Positions 8,850 through 20,321 are shown, counted from the stretch's first letter. The stretch: 64,000 nt of DNA from an uncultured Planctomycetales bacterium (GCA_964612665.1 CAZTCI010000004.1:78376-142375); one strand, 5' to 3'. The notes: generated from the sequence alone by a model not told the origin. Made by a program: numbers and translations.

Positions 8850-8963
8850 ATTTTTAGCCCTAAAGAGGGCTTAAGATTATTCCAGACGCGCGGATGGGGC
8901 GGTGAAGTCCTCTTTAGGTTTCAAATAAAAAGCGTAATCGTATTTACAAAGGGAGGATAAGTC

Positions 8964-10196
8964 ATGGATCAGATTAATAGCGGAGATACAGCATGGGTTT
9001 TGGCGTCATCAGCGCTGGTTTTGCTTATGACACCGGGGTTGGCTTTCTTTTATGGAGGCATGGTTAGAAGGAAGAATGTTTTAAGTATTTTAATGCAGTG
9101 TTTTACAGTTATTTGCATTGTTAGTTTGCAATGGGTTTTGTTTGGATACAGCCTGGCTTTTGGGCCGGGCAATGCTTTTATTGGAGGTTTACAGTGGTTT
9201 GGATTAAATGGCGTCGGGCTTGATCCTTACGCAGATTATTCAGCTACGATTCCTCATCAAGCTTTTATGATTTTCCAGGCGATGTTTGCGGTTATTACGC
9301 CTGCTTTGATCCTTGGCTCTTTTGCCGAAAGAATGAAATTCTCAGCTTTTATTCTCTTCATTCTTTTGTGGGCAACTTTTGTTTATGACCCGATCTGCCA
9401 TATGGTTTGGGCGGTTGGCGGCTTAGTCAGAAACTGGGGCGCGCTTGATTTCGCCGGCGGAACGGTCGTTCATATTAATGCCGGTATCGCTGGTTTATGC
9501 ACCGCTTTACTTCTTGGCAAGAGATTAGGTTATGAAAATAGATCTTTCGCGATTCACAATCTTCCCTGGACGGTATTAGGCGCTGGTTTATTGTGGTTCG
9601 GCTGGTTTGGGTTTAATGCCGGAAGTGCTTTGGCTGCGAATGGATTGGCCGCGAGTGCTTTTGTTGTGACCAATACGGCAACGGCAGCAGCAGGTTTGAG
9701 CTGGGCTCTTCTGGAATGGAAATTTAATGGAAAGCCTACGATGTTAGGGATGGTCAGCGGTGCGGTCGCAGGTTTGGTTGCTATTACACCGGCCTCTGGC
9801 TATGTGAATGTTATGGGATCAATTGTGATCGGTCTTTTGGTCAGCGTTTTCTGCTACATCGCAGTCCTTTTGAAAGCCAAATTTGGCTATGATGACTCAT
9901 TGGATGCGTTTGGTGTCCACTGCATCGGCGGGATTTGGGGAGCTATTGCAACAGGCTTCTTTGCCACCAAAACTATTAATTCCGGCGGTGGAGACGGTTT
10001 ATTTTTCGGTAATCCCGCGCAGGTTCTTGTTCAGGTAAAGGCGGTTCTCGTGACTATTATCTATTCTTTTGTGGTCACGGCTATTATCTTTAGGATAGTG
10101 GACATGATTGTTGGTGTGAGAGTAACTTCTGAAGACGAAGTTTTGGGTCTAGATCTTACTCAGCATCATGAACGCGCATATACAATTTTAGAATAG
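8964..10196 (+). CDS. amtB: Ammonium transporter
   Basis: 410 aa. Multi-TM protein. ...AWVLASSALVLLMTPGLAFFYGGMVRRKN... and ...DFAGGTVVHINAGIAGL... are Amt/MEP signatures. Confidence 0.9.
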   Translation: MDQINSGDTAWVLASSALVLLMTPGLAFFYGGMVRRKNVLSILMQCFTVICIVSLQWVLFGYSLAFGPGNAFIGGLQWFGLNGVGLDPYADYSATIPHQAFMIFQAMFAVITPALILGSFAERMKFSAFILFILLWATFVYDPICHMVWAVGGLVRNWGALDFAGGTVVHINAGIAGLCTALLLGKRLGYENRSFAIHNLPWTVLGAGLLWFGWFGFNAGSALAANGLAASAFVVTNTATAAAGLSWALLEWKFNGKPTMLGMVSGAVAGLVAITPASGYVNVMGSIVIGLLVSVFCYIAVLLKAKFGYDDSLDAFGVHCIGGIWGAIATGFFATKTINSGGGDGLFFGNPAQVLVQVKAVLVTIIYSFVVTAIIFRIVDMIVGVRVTSEDEVLGLDLTQHHERAYTILE

Positions 10197-10242
10197 TTTT
10201 GCATTTAAAATTGATTCCGATGAGGACTAAGGAGGAATATAA

Positions 10243-10584
10243 ATGAAATTAATTATGGCTATTATCCAACCGCATAGATTGGAAGAAGTGAAAAAAGCTT
10301 TATATGAAGCTGATGTGAACTTAATTACTGTCAGTGAAGTTTTAGGTCATGGCCGGCAAAAAGGTGTCGACGAATTTTATCGTGGCACTAAAGAAAGCGG
10401 CAATCTTTTAAGAAAAATTCAGTTAGAGATTGCGGTTAATGAAAATTTTGTCGAACCAACGATTAAAGCCATCATCAAAGGTGCACGGACTGGAAAAATC
10501 GGGGATGGAAAAATATTTGTTCTCGATTTGCCGCGGTGTATCCGCATCCGTACCGGCGATGAAGGGTCGCAGGCGATAGGTTAA
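10243..10584 (+). CDS. glnK: Nitrogen regulatory protein P-II
   Basis: 113 aa. [41 protein letters not shown]...FYRG... is the P-II fold with a T-loop Tyr. Its position immediately after amtB is typical of glnK. Confidence 0.88.
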   Translation: MKLIMAIIQPHRLEEVKKALYEADVNLITVSEVLGHGRQKGVDEFYRGTKESGNLLRKIQLEIAVNENFVEPTIKAIIKGARTGKIGDGKIFVLDLPRCIRIRTGDEGSQAIG

Positions 10585-10588
10585 AAGA

Positions 10589-10641
10589 CCAGTGGGCGCC
10601 CCGCATTCGCCGATCAAAGGCTAGGCGGGGCGCCCGTGGTT
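10589..10641 (+). terminator. Rho-independent terminator after glnK
   Basis: GTGGGCGCCCCGC...GCGGGGCGCCCGTGG hairpin, followed by TTTCATTT. Confidence 0.55.
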
Positions 10642-10754
10642 TCATTTGACGCCATTCCCAACCTCTGTTACAATCCTTTACAAAATTTTAGACACATAAA
10701 TGTTTTCCGATTTTTATCAACACCAAAATTTTAAATCAAAAAGGAGACAATTTC

Positions 10755-12941
10755 ATGGCTCAACAACGCGAAGGTGCCCGCAGGCAAGTCGTTCAAGATT
10801 CCGTCGAGAATCAGAAGACTTTGCTGCAAGAACTTTTAAATGAAGGAAAACAAAACGGTAATGGCGCTGGATTGTCTGAATTTTACGGCAAAGACGTCTT
10901 TAGTTTAAAGACCATGCGCAATTACCTTTCAGAAAAAGCTTACAACTCATTAGTTTCAACCATCCAACAAGGTGGCAAACTTGACCCGAACATCGCCGAT
11001 GAAGTCGCTGACGCGATGAAGACCTGGGCTGTTTCAAAAGGCGCCACCCACTTTACACATTGGTTTCAACCACTCACCGGCACGACCGCCGAAAAACACG
11101 ATTCGTTCATTTCCCCGGACGGCGAAGGCGGAGTTCTCTTAAAATTTTCAGGCAAAGAACTTATCCAAGGCGAACCCGACGCCTCGAGTTTCCCTTCAGG
11201 CGGCTTAAGAGCTACCTTTGAAGCGAGAGGTTATACGGCTTGGGATCCAACGAGCCCTGCTTTTATTAAAGAAGGTCCTGAAGGCGCCACCCTTTGTATT
11301 CCGACGGTATTCTGCGGTTACAACGGCGAAGCGTTAGACAAAAAGACACCGTTGTTGCGTTCGATGGCTGCGTTATCCAAGCAAGTTTGCCGTCTGGCGA
11401 CATTGTTTGGTATTGATACTAAAGGAAAACGCGCTTACGCGACACTCGGACCGGAACAAGAATATTTTTTAATCGATAAAGCTCATTACGAAGCGCGTCT
11501 GGATTTAGTCCAAACCGGCCGCACGCTTTTCGGCCGCAAACCTGCCAAACATCAGCAGCAAGAAGATCATTATTTTGGCGCGATCAAACCGCGCGTTATT
11601 GCTTTTATGGAAGATTTGGATCGAACGTTATGGCGATTATCCATTCCAGCCAAAACACGGCATAACGAAGTAGCTCCTGCCCAATATGAAATTGCTCCAG
11701 TTTTCGAAGAGTTAAATTTAGCCGTCGATCACAATATGATTGCGATGGAAATCATGCGTCAAACCGCTGATAAACATGGTTTTGTTTGTTTGCTTCATGA
11801 AAAACCGTTTGCCGGCGTTAATGGTTCCGGAAAACACAACAACTGGGCCATCGTTGGTCCCGACGGGAAAAATTGGTTGTATCCTGGCAAAACGCCGCAT
11901 GACAACGCTAAATTCTTAACCATCCTTTGCGCGGTTATTAAAGGTGTTGATACTTACGCTGGTTTGTTGCGTGCAACCGTTGCGACCGCCGGCAACGATC
12001 ATCGCCTCGGAGCTAACGAAGCGCCGCCGGCGATTGTTTCCATCTTTTTAGGCGACCAACTTTATGACATCATTGAACAAATTGAAAAAGGCGGCGCTAA
12101 AAGTTCTAAAGAAGGCGGCACCATCCACATTGGTGTCGATTCTTTACCCGTCCTTCCACGTGATGCAACCGATCGTAACAGAACATCACCTTTCGCTTTT
12201 ACCGGTGCTAAATTCGAATTCCGCGCGGTTGGTTCCAACATGAATCCGTCGGGCCCGAATGTAGTTCTAAACACAATCGTCGCCGAGGCGTTGGATGAAA
12301 TCTGTACGGAATTAGAAGCCGCCGTTAAAGCCAAAAAGGATTTCAATTCGGCTTTACAAAAAGTTCTTCAAGATACTATTAAAAAACACAAGCGCGTTCT
12401 TTATAATGGTGATAATTATATTGATCAGTGGCATGCCGAAGCGAAGAAGCGCGGGCTTCCGAATATGAAGTCAACGCCCGAATCGCTGCAAGTTCTTAAA
12501 GAGGAAAAGAACATCCGTGTTTTCGAAAAGCACGGTGTCTTGAGCCGCAAAGAACTGGCTTCGCGTTTTGAAATTTATAAGCATGCTTACGAAACGATCA
12601 TTCAGCTGGAAGGCAGCTGTGCGTCAACTGTTGCGCGCACCGAAATTCTTCCGGGTGCGATAGCTTTCCAAAGAGAACTCGCGGAAACAATTAAAATCGT
12701 CGGCGCCGCCGGCAAAACAACCGGAGCTAAAAAACTTCTTAAAGAAGTTTCCGGCTTGATTGATGAAGCCTTGGCCGCTTGTGATAGTTTGGACACAGCC
12801 TTGGCGAAACATGATTCAGCCAAGACCAATGCGGCGATGGCTAAACTTCGCGCCGCCATCGACAGTTTAGAGGCGTTGGTTCCGGCAGAAAAATGGCCGC
12901 TTCCGTCGTACGCAGAGATGTTACTCATGAATGCCGAGTAA
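10755..12941 (+). CDS. glnN: Glutamine synthetase type III
   Basis: 728 aa, the GSIII size class. A catalytic glutamine-synthetase domain sits in the middle (...[11 protein letters not shown]...). The RBS is AAAAGGAGA. Confidence 0.85.
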   Translation: MAQQREGARRQVVQDSVENQKTLLQELLNEGKQNGNGAGLSEFYGKDVFSLKTMRNYLSEKAYNSLVSTIQQGGKLDPNIADEVADAMKTWAVSKGATHFTHWFQPLTGTTAEKHDSFISPDGEGGVLLKFSGKELIQGEPDASSFPSGGLRATFEARGYTAWDPTSPAFIKEGPEGATLCIPTVFCGYNGEALDKKTPLLRSMAALSKQVCRLATLFGIDTKGKRAYATLGPEQEYFLIDKAHYEARLDLVQTGRTLFGRKPAKHQQQEDHYFGAIKPRVIAFMEDLDRTLWRLSIPAKTRHNEVAPAQYEIAPVFEELNLAVDHNMIAMEIMRQTADKHGFVCLLHEKPFAGVNGSGKHNNWAIVGPDGKNWLYPGKTPHDNAKFLTILCAVIKGVDTYAGLLRATVATAGNDHRLGANEAPPAIVSIFLGDQLYDIIEQIEKGGAKSSKEGGTIHIGVDSLPVLPRDATDRNRTSPFAFTGAKFEFRAVGSNMNPSGPNVVLNTIVAEALDEICTELEAAVKAKKDFNSALQKVLQDTIKKHKRVLYNGDNYIDQWHAEAKKRGLPNMKSTPESLQVLKEEKNIRVFEKHGVLSRKELASRFEIYKHAYETIIQLEGSCASTVARTEILPGAIAFQRELAETIKIVGAAGKTTGAKKLLKEVSGLIDEALAACDSLDTALAKHDSAKTNAAMAKLRAAIDSLEALVPAEKWPLPSYAEMLLMNAE

Positions 12942-12996
12942 AAATTGAAACAAGGGGCTTCGTGAGAATAACCGCCCCTGTTAGAATAGAAATTAA

Positions 12997-13030
12997 AGCC
13001 CAGGGGTTGAAACACACCCCTGGGCTTTTT
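12997..13030 (+). terminator. Rho-independent terminator after glnN
   Basis: AGCCCAGGGGT-tgaaacac-ACCCCTGGGCT followed by TTTT. Confidence 0.65.
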
Positions 13031-13204
13031 AATGAGCGCATTATTTGCCATCGAGATTACGAACTTTTATCTCGATGGCAAATAGAAGCGCGAATTAACC
13101 CCCGTAAAAGATAGGTTGTTAATTCACGCTTTTTACGGGGTGTTCGACGCCCAAAGAGCAGATTGTTTTTAGTCTAACAAGTGAGGTTATGGAGCGAGCA
13201 TTAA

Positions 13205-13912
13205 ATGATTTTAATTGCGAAGCACATAGATATCGAAGGTCCGGGAACGTTCGGAGATTTTTTAAAAGAACGTAAACTTCCCTTTACGATCGTTGAACTT
13301 GGTTCCAGCGAGAAATTACCAAGAGATCTGAAAGAAATTCAAGCCGTTGTTGTCTTAGGCGGTCCAATGAATGTTTATGAAGAAGATAAATATCCTTTTT
13401 TAAAAGAAGAAAACCGTTTTATTCAAAACGTTGTTCAAGAGGAAATTCCTTATCTCGGCATTTGTTTGGGTTCTCAGTTGTTGGCCAAGGCCTGCGGTGC
13501 GCCGGTCGTTAAGTCGCCGGTCAAAGAAGTCGGCTGGTATAAAATCCGTTTAACGCCCGACGGCAAAAAAGATCTTTTCCTCAAAGGGTTCGATCCTAAG
13601 ATTGATATTTATCACTGGCACGAAGACATGTTTCAAATTCCGTCAAACGGCGTTTTGTTAGCCACAAGTGACGGCTGTCCGCATCAAACCTTTCGCGTCG
13701 GCAAAAACGCCTACGGCATTCAGTTTCATATTGAAGTGACGGACAAAAGTATTAAGGAATGGTCCGATGAGTACTGCCAAAAAGATCTGCCGGGCCGGCA
13801 GGAACAACGTGCCGCAATGCTTGAAGGTTACGCAAAAAACAAAGAAGCGTTTCGCAAACAAGCGTTTCAAATTTATAATAATTTCTTAGAGCTTATAAGG
13901 AAAGAAAAATGA
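13205..13912 (+). CDS. Class-I glutamine amidotransferase (GMP-synthase-like GATase1)
   Basis: 235 aa. ...PYLGICLGSQLLAKACGA... has the catalytic Cys, and ...YGIQFHIEV... the His/Glu pair of the GATase1 triad. Confidence 0.7.
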   Translation: MILIAKHIDIEGPGTFGDFLKERKLPFTIVELGSSEKLPRDLKEIQAVVVLGGPMNVYEEDKYPFLKEENRFIQNVVQEEIPYLGICLGSQLLAKACGAPVVKSPVKEVGWYKIRLTPDGKKDLFLKGFDPKIDIYHWHEDMFQIPSNGVLLATSDGCPHQTFRVGKNAYGIQFHIEVTDKSIKEWSDEYCQKDLPGRQEQRAAMLEGYAKNKEAFRKQAFQIYNNFLELIRKEK

Positions 13913-15615
13913 TTGGAGTCGGATTAATGCGTCTCGCCCTTGCTCAAATTAATCTTACCGTCGGAGATTTGCTTGGTAATCAAGCGAAGATTATTGAGTC
14001 GATTGCTCAGGCACGGCTGAAGGAAGCGGATGTTGTCGTTTTTCCGGAAATGGCCGTAGCCGGTTATCCGCCGGAAGATCTTTTATATAAGGAACATTTC
14101 ATTCGCGACAACCTCCGCGCCTTGCAAAAAATAATTGCCCAAACTCAGAATATAACCGCGATTGTTGGTTTTGTTGACCACGATAAAAATAAAAATTTGT
14201 ACAACGCGGCGGCTGTTATTTCAAACGGTCAATTAAAAGATGTTGTCCACAAACGAGACCTTCCAAATTACGGTGTCTTCGATGAGAAAAGATATTTTGT
14301 GGCAGGAAAAAGTGCGGGTTTATATAATATTAATGGTCACAGCGTCGGGATTAGTATTTGCGAAGATATTTGGAAAGGCGATGGATTATCCGTTGCGCAA
14401 GCCAAAGCGGGCGCCAAGATTTTGATTAACATTTCAAGTTCCCCTTACTATGAAGGTAAAATTCGCGTCCGTGAAAAAATGTTAAAAGCGCGCGCGTGTG
14501 AGACAAAAGCTTTTATTGCTTATGTGAATTTGGTCGGCGGGCAAGATGAATTGGTTTTCGACAGCGGGAGTTTTGTTTTTAATCCAAAAGGAAAAATCCT
14601 GGCGCGGGCCAAACAGTTTGAGGAAGAATTGTTGGTATGTGACGTAAAACTTCCCGCGAATAAGATTTCTAAAAAATTTATTAAAGTCAGTGCCCCAAAG
14701 TTAGTTCATAAAAAAATTAAGATTGAAAACGTTTTGGCGCCTCTTCTCGAACCGGTTGCCGAAGTTTATCAAGCTTTGGTTGTTGGGACGCGCGATTATG
14801 TTCAAAAGAATGGATTCAAAAAAGTTTTGATCGGCTTAAGCGGCGGCATTGATTCTTCGCTGGTTGCGGCCATCGCTTGTGATGCGCTGGGACGGGAGAA
14901 TGTCGTCGGAGTTACAATGCCTTCGCGGTATTCTTCTCAAGAAACACTGGCCGATGCGAAAATTTTGGCGAAGAATTTAGGAATCCGCTGTATCGAAGTA
15001 CCAATAGAAGATATTTTGAAATCTTATTTCGGGACTTTAAGCAAAGAATTCGCCGGCCTCGCGCCTAATATTGCCGAGGAAAATATTCAGGCGCGAATCC
15101 GTGGGAATATTCTTATGGCATTCTCCAATAAATTCGGCTGGCTGGTCTTGACGACGGGCAACAAAAGTGAAATGGCGGTCGGTTATTGCACATTGTATGG
15201 CGACATGGCGGGCGGATTTGCCGTTATTAAGGATGTTCCCAAAATAAAGGTTTATGAGTTATGTTCGTATAGAAATAAAAAAGCCGGCAGACTGCTTATT
15301 CCGCAAAGTGTTTTTGACCGGGCTCCGACAGCTGAATTGCGTGAGAATCAAAAAGATGAAGATTCCTTACCACCTTATAAAGAATTAGATCCGATATTGC
15401 AGAGTTATGTAGAGAAACGAGAGGATCTCTCTAAAATACTTAAACATTATAAGAACTGCGAATGGGTCAAAGACACAATCCGCCGGGTTAATAGCAGCGA
15501 ATATAAGCGCCGCCAGGCGCCGCCCGGTGTTAAAATATCCGCGAGGGCGTTTGGAAAGGATTGGCGGTTGCCGATTACAAACAAATATAAGGAATTTTAT
15601 TCTGCTTCGCCCTAG
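13909..15615 (+). CDS. nadE: Glutamine-dependent NAD+ synthetase (nitrilase domain plus NAD synthetase)
   Basis: 568 aa. The N-terminal CN-hydrolase is ...VVVFPEMAVAGYPPEDL...ICEDIW.... The C-terminal PP-loop is GLSGGIDSSLVAA. Confidence 0.88.
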   Translation: MIGVGLMRLALAQINLTVGDLLGNQAKIIESIAQARLKEADVVVFPEMAVAGYPPEDLLYKEHFIRDNLRALQKIIAQTQNITAIVGFVDHDKNKNLYNAAAVISNGQLKDVVHKRDLPNYGVFDEKRYFVAGKSAGLYNINGHSVGISICEDIWKGDGLSVAQAKAGAKILINISSSPYYEGKIRVREKMLKARACETKAFIAYVNLVGGQDELVFDSGSFVFNPKGKILARAKQFEEELLVCDVKLPANKISKKFIKVSAPKLVHKKIKIENVLAPLLEPVAEVYQALVVGTRDYVQKNGFKKVLIGLSGGIDSSLVAAIACDALGRENVVGVTMPSRYSSQETLADAKILAKNLGIRCIEVPIEDILKSYFGTLSKEFAGLAPNIAEENIQARIRGNILMAFSNKFGWLVLTTGNKSEMAVGYCTLYGDMAGGFAVIKDVPKIKVYELCSYRNKKAGRLLIPQSVFDRAPTAELRENQKDEDSLPPYKELDPILQSYVEKREDLSKILKHYKNCEWVKDTIRRVNSSEYKRRQAPPGVKISARAFGKDWRLPITNKYKEFYSASP

Positions 15616-15782
15616 ACAATATAGATGGTATGGCTTCGCAGCAATTGTTTCTTCAATCAATATTGCTTCAAAGAAGAATAATTTGCATATTTTAAAAAAG
15701 ACGTTAAAATGTTTACTCCAATTGAGGATACAAAATTTTCCATCTCGATTTTGGGACGAAAATGACGAGGAGATAAGTTTCA

Positions 15783-18700
15783 ATGGCTTCATTTTATCCA
15801 CCTAAACAAGGACTTTATGATCCGCAGTTTGAACACGACAGTTGCGGGGTGGGTTTTATTGTTAACATCAAAGGTCATAAAAGTCATGCCATTGTCCGTA
15901 ATGGCATCCAAATTCTTGAAAATTTAACGCACCGCGGCGCTTGCGGTTGTGACCCAGAGACCGGCGACGGCGCTGGGATCATGATGCAGATGCCGGATGC
16001 TTTTTTTAGAAAAGAATGTTCCAAATTAAATATCAGCCTGCCCGCCGAAGGTGAATATGGCTGCGGTATCGTCTTTCTTCCGCCGAGTCTTGAAGACCGC
16101 AATATTATGGAAAGATGGACCGAGCATCTTATTCATGAAGAAGGTCAAAAGTTTTTAGGCTGGCGTGATGTTCCAAATGATCCTACCAAAATCGGGCGCG
16201 TCGCCCGAAGCGTTAAGCCCGCCTTTAAACAATTGTTTATCGGCCGCGGCGCTAACACTAAACCTGAAGATTTCGAACGAAAATTGTACGTCATTCGCAA
16301 ACGACTTTACAACAAAGTTCAAGCTTCCACGTTAAATCAACGCAATTACTATTATTTTTGCAGTCTCTCCAGCAAAACGCTCGTCTATAAAGGTCAGTTG
16401 ATGAGTGAACAGCTCGACCGTTTCTTTCCTGACTTGTCTGAACCGGCGATGACCTCAGCCCTGGCCATGGTGCATTCACGTTATAGTACAAATACTTTTC
16501 CGTCCTGGTCACTGGCACATCCTTATCGTGTTATTGCGCATAATGGTGAAATTAATACGCTGCGCGGCAACATCAATTGGATGCATGCGCGTGAAATGCA
16601 ATTTATTTCCGATGTTTGGAAAGATGATATCAAAAAGATTCTGCCGATCGTTGTTCCACATGGAAGCGACACGGCCACATTTGATAATGTGATTGAAATG
16701 CTTATCCTAAGTGGACGCTCTTTGCCTCACGCGATGATGATGATGATTCCCGAAGCTTGGAGTGGACATGAAAGTATGCCGGCTGAGAAAAAAAATTTTT
16801 ATGAATATCATTCCTGCTTTATGGAACCGTGGGACGGCCCAGCATCCATTGCTTTTACTGACGGACGTTATATGGGTGCCGTGTTGGACCGCAACGGCCT
16901 GCGACCTTCACGTTATACGATCACTAAAGATGATATGGTGATTATGGCTTCCGAAACCGGTGTTCTGCCCGTACCGCCTGAAAATGTTGTTAAAAAAGGC
17001 CGCCTGGAACCAGGCAAAATGTTTTTAATCGATACGCAAGAAGGCCGCATCATTGATGACAAAGAATTAAAATATGCTTATGCCACGCGCCAACCGTACG
17101 GAAAATGGCTTAAAGATAATTTAATTGAAATCAATTCCTTACCTGAACCAAAAAAAGTTCAAGGCCTAAACGAAAAAACGCTTTTGCTTCGTCAAAAAGC
17201 TTTTGGCTACACTTTGGAAGATTTAAAACTTCTTTTGACTCCGATGGCGATCGACGGCGAAGAAGCGACGGGTTCCATGGGCGCGGATACGCCGCTTGCG
17301 GTTTTAAGTTATCGGCCGCAGCCGCTTTTTAATTATTTCAAACAATTGTTTGCGCAGGTCACCAATCCGCCCGTCGATGCCATCCGCGAAGAAGTCATTA
17401 TGGCCGAAGATGTAATGGTTGGTCCAGAGCAAAATCTTTTGCAAGAAACGCCCGAACATTGCCGGCGGCTTCGACTGCATCATCCGGTCATCACCAATGT
17501 CGAGCTCGAAAAAATCCGTCATGTCCGTAAAAATGGCCTTAAGTCTAAAACTCTCACCATGCTGTTCAACAAAGATGAAGGTTTAAAAGGTTTGGAAACA
17601 GCCCTCGATCGCCTTTTTGCGAATGCTGATGAAGCCATTGAAAAAGGTTATTCGCTTTTGATTTTATCCGACCGCGATGTGGATCAAGATTCTGTTCCCA
17701 TGCCGTCTTTGCTTGCGTGTTCCGCACTGCATCATCATTTGATCCGTCGGGGAACGCGCACTAAAGTCAGTATTATTTTGGAAACCGGTGAAGCCCGCGA
17801 GATGCATCATTTTGCGGTTTTGATTGGCTACGGCGCCAACGCGATCAATCCTTATTTGGCTTTTGAAACAATTGAAGCTGAAATTCTTAAAGGGCATTTT
17901 CCTAAAGAATTAACTTATACTCAGGCTGAAAAGAATTTTATTAAATCCACCCGCAAAGGGCTTTTCAAAATTATTTCTAAGATGGGGATTTCAACGATCC
18001 AATCTTATTGCGGCGCGCAAATTTTTGAAGCCGTCGGGCTTGGCGATGAAGTGATTGATAAATATTTTACGGCGACACCTTCACGGATTGGCGGCGTCGG
18101 CATTGAAACACTGGCCGAAGAAATGATCAAACGCCACGACCAGGCTTTTCCAAGATTTCAGACCGACGGAAAAATGCTCGAGCAAGGCGGCGAATACGCC
18201 TGGCGTCGCGACGGAGAACATCATCAATACAATCCGCAAACAATTGCGCTCTTGCAGCACGCCGTGCGCACGGGCGATTATCCGCTTTTTAAGAAATACG
18301 CTGAATTAATCAACAGTCAAAATACTAATCTCGCGAATATCCGCGGTTTGCTTAAATTTAAAAAAGGAAACCCAATTCCTATTGATGAAGTTGAATCAAC
18401 GTCAGAAATCGTCAAACGTTTTGCGACGGGCGCGATGAGTTATGGTTCTATTTCCAAAGAAACCCACGAAACGCTCGCGATTGCGATGAACCGGCTCGGC
18501 GGTTTCTCTAATACTGGTGAAGGCGGCGAAGATCCGGCCCGATTCAAAAAAGATCCCAACGGCGATTGGCGCCGCAGCCGCATTAAACAAGTTGCACAGG
18601 GACGTTTTGGTGTGACGATTGAGTATTTAGTTAACGCCGATCAACTTCAAATTAAAATGGCGCAGGGCGCCAAACCCGGCGAGGGCGGACAGCTTCCGGG

Positions 18701-20321
18701 ACATAAAGTCAGTCCAGAAATCGCTAAGACCCGGTATACAACGCCGGGTGTTGGATTAATTTCTCCGCCGCCGCATCACGATATTTATTCCATTGAAGAT
18801 TTGGCGCAGCTTATTCACGATTTGAAAAATGCAAACCCGCGCGCTGATGTGAGCGTGAAGCTCGTGTCTGAAGTCGGCGTCGGAACAGTTGCCGCCGGCG
18901 TTTCTAAAGGAAAATCCGACCACGTTTTAATTAGCGGTTTTGAAGGTGGGACAGGTGCGTCTCCACAAACATCAATCAAACACGCCGGGCTTCCGATGGA
19001 ATTAGGAATCGCTGAGACACAGCAAGTTTTAGTCATGAATGATTTACGCGGACGGATCCGAGTTCAGACCGACGGGCAATTGAAAACCGGACGCGATGTG
19101 GTGATTGCGGCGATGCTGGGCGCTGATGAATTTGGTTTTTCAACAATTGCGCTGGTGTCTCTGGGCTGTATTCTTTTACGCAAGTGTCATTTGAACACGT
19201 GTTCCGTCGGTGTGGCAACGCAGGATCCTGAGTTGCGCAAGAAATTCGCGGGTAAGCCGGATTATGTTGTGAATCTTTTTACGTTTATCGCTCAAGAATG
19301 CCGTGAAATCATGGCCGAGCTTGGTTTTAAAAAATTTGATGAGTTGGTTGGCCGGGTCGATATGTTGGAAACTCAAGAAGTCATCACACATTGGAAAGCC
19401 AAGGGTTTGGACTTAACTAACATTTTGCACCGGCCGGATGTTCCGCCAGAGGTTGCAATTCGTCATGTGGGAAGACAGGACCATGGTTTGGAAAAGGCAC
19501 TCGACAATCGTTTGATTCAATTAAGTGAAGATGCGATTGAACATCAAAAGCCGGTTGAGTTTGATGTTGAGATTCGTAATACGTGCCGCACCGTTGGGAC
19601 AATGCTTAGCTCTGAAATCGCACGGCGCTATGGTTTAAAAGGTTTGCCAGACAATACAATTCAAATCAAATTTGAAGGTTCCGCGGGCCAGAGCTTCGGC
19701 GCTTTTCTGGCGCACGGCATCACGTTGACGCTCGAGGGCGATGCCAACGATTACGTCGGCAAAGGTTTGTCCGGCGGGCGGATCATTGTGTATCCGTCTA
19801 AGAAGGCGACTTTTATTCCCGAACAAAATATTTTAGTGGGGAATGTTGTTTTATACGGCGCGATCTCTGGTGAAGTTTTTTTTAGAGGATTAGCCGGCGA
19901 ACGTTTTGCGGTGCGTAATAGCGGCGCCAAAGCGGTTGTCGAAGGTGTGGGCGATCATGGTTGTGAATATATGACTGGCGGATGCGTTGTTGTCTTAGGT
20001 CCGACGGGCCGTAACTTCGCAGCCGGAATGAGTGGTGGCATTGCGTATATTTGGGACCGCGATAAAAAATTTGTTGACCTTTGTAATAAAGGAATGGTTG
20101 ATCTCGTCCCTGTCGAAGATGCCGAAGACATTAAAGAACTGAAAACTTTAATTGAAAAGCACGCCGAGTTCACCGGCAGCACGGTCGCCAAGGGCGTCCT
20201 GGGCTTGTGGTCAAGCACCTTGCCGCAGTTTGTGAAGGTTTATCCGAAGGATTACCGTCGGGTGCTGGAAGAAGCGGCGAAAATTAAGCAGGAACCAACG
20301 TATTCCAAAGTGGTTCAATGA
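15783..20321 (+). CDS. gltB: Glutamate synthase large subunit
   Basis: 1512 aa. The N-terminal [11 protein letters not shown] Ntn-amidotransferase Cys1 is present, together with FMN-binding, Fe-S and C-terminal GXGXG beta-helix regions. Confidence 0.95.
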   Translation: MASFYPPKQGLYDPQFEHDSCGVGFIVNIKGHKSHAIVRNGIQILENLTHRGACGCDPETGDGAGIMMQMPDAFFRKECSKLNISLPAEGEYGCGIVFLPPSLEDRNIMERWTEHLIHEEGQKFLGWRDVPNDPTKIGRVARSVKPAFKQLFIGRGANTKPEDFERKLYVIRKRLYNKVQASTLNQRNYYYFCSLSSKTLVYKGQLMSEQLDRFFPDLSEPAMTSALAMVHSRYSTNTFPSWSLAHPYRVIAHNGEINTLRGNINWMHAREMQFISDVWKDDIKKILPIVVPHGSDTATFDNVIEMLILSGRSLPHAMMMMIPEAWSGHESMPAEKKNFYEYHSCFMEPWDGPASIAFTDGRYMGAVLDRNGLRPSRYTITKDDMVIMASETGVLPVPPENVVKKGRLEPGKMFLIDTQEGRIIDDKELKYAYATRQPYGKWLKDNLIEINSLPEPKKVQGLNEKTLLLRQKAFGYTLEDLKLLLTPMAIDGEEATGSMGADTPLAVLSYRPQPLFNYFKQLFAQVTNPPVDAIREEVIMAEDVMVGPEQNLLQETPEHCRRLRLHHPVITNVELEKIRHVRKNGLKSKTLTMLFNKDEGLKGLETALDRLFANADEAIEKGYSLLILSDRDVDQDSVPMPSLLACSALHHHLIRRGTRTKVSIILETGEAREMHHFAVLIGYGANAINPYLAFETIEAEILKGHFPKELTYTQAEKNFIKSTRKGLFKIISKMGISTIQSYCGAQIFEAVGLGDEVIDKYFTATPSRIGGVGIETLAEEMIKRHDQAFPRFQTDGKMLEQGGEYAWRRDGEHHQYNPQTIALLQHAVRTGDYPLFKKYAELINSQNTNLANIRGLLKFKKGNPIPIDEVESTSEIVKRFATGAMSYGSISKETHETLAIAMNRLGGFSNTGEGGEDPARFKKDPNGDWRRSRIKQVAQGRFGVTIEYLVNADQLQIKMAQGAKPGEGGQLPGHKVSPEIAKTRYTTPGVGLISPPPHHDIYSIEDLAQLIHDLKNANPRADVSVKLVSEVGVGTVAAGVSKGKSDHVLISGFEGGTGASPQTSIKHAGLPMELGIAETQQVLVMNDLRGRIRVQTDGQLKTGRDVVIAAMLGADEFGFSTIALVSLGCILLRKCHLNTCSVGVATQDPELRKKFAGKPDYVVNLFTFIAQECREIMAELGFKKFDELVGRVDMLETQEVITHWKAKGLDLTNILHRPDVPPEVAIRHVGRQDHGLEKALDNRLIQLSEDAIEHQKPVEFDVEIRNTCRTVGTMLSSEIARRYGLKGLPDNTIQIKFEGSAGQSFGAFLAHGITLTLEGDANDYVGKGLSGGRIIVYPSKKATFIPEQNILVGNVVLYGAISGEVFFRGLAGERFAVRNSGAKAVVEGVGDHGCEYMTGGCVVVLGPTGRNFAAGMSGGIAYIWDRDKKFVDLCNKGMVDLVPVEDAEDIKELKTLIEKHAEFTGSTVAKGVLGLWSSTLPQFVKVYPKDYRRVLEEAAKIKQEPTYSKVVQ

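Noticed and set aside
10650-10700. NtcA-like GTA-N8-TAC site upstream of glnN (GTTACAATCCTTTAC)
   Set aside because: The half-sites do not fit the spacing (GTT-N9-TTAC). There is also no evidence that this non-cyanobacterial organism uses NtcA; an ANTAR regulator is encoded instead.
12602-13114. 149-aa minus-strand and 73-aa plus-strand ORFs overlapping the glnN 3' end and the terminator hairpins
   Set aside because: They overlap a confidently assigned GSIII gene and span three terminator hairpins, which makes them antisense or hairpin artefacts.
15616-15782. Possible sigma54 (-24/-12) promoter upstream of gltB at TGGCTTCGCAGCAA
   Set aside because: The GG-GC spacing is 7-8 nt rather than the required 10. 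A weak sigma70-like TTGCAT-N16-TAAAAT is more plausible but unconvincing, so it is not reported as a feature.
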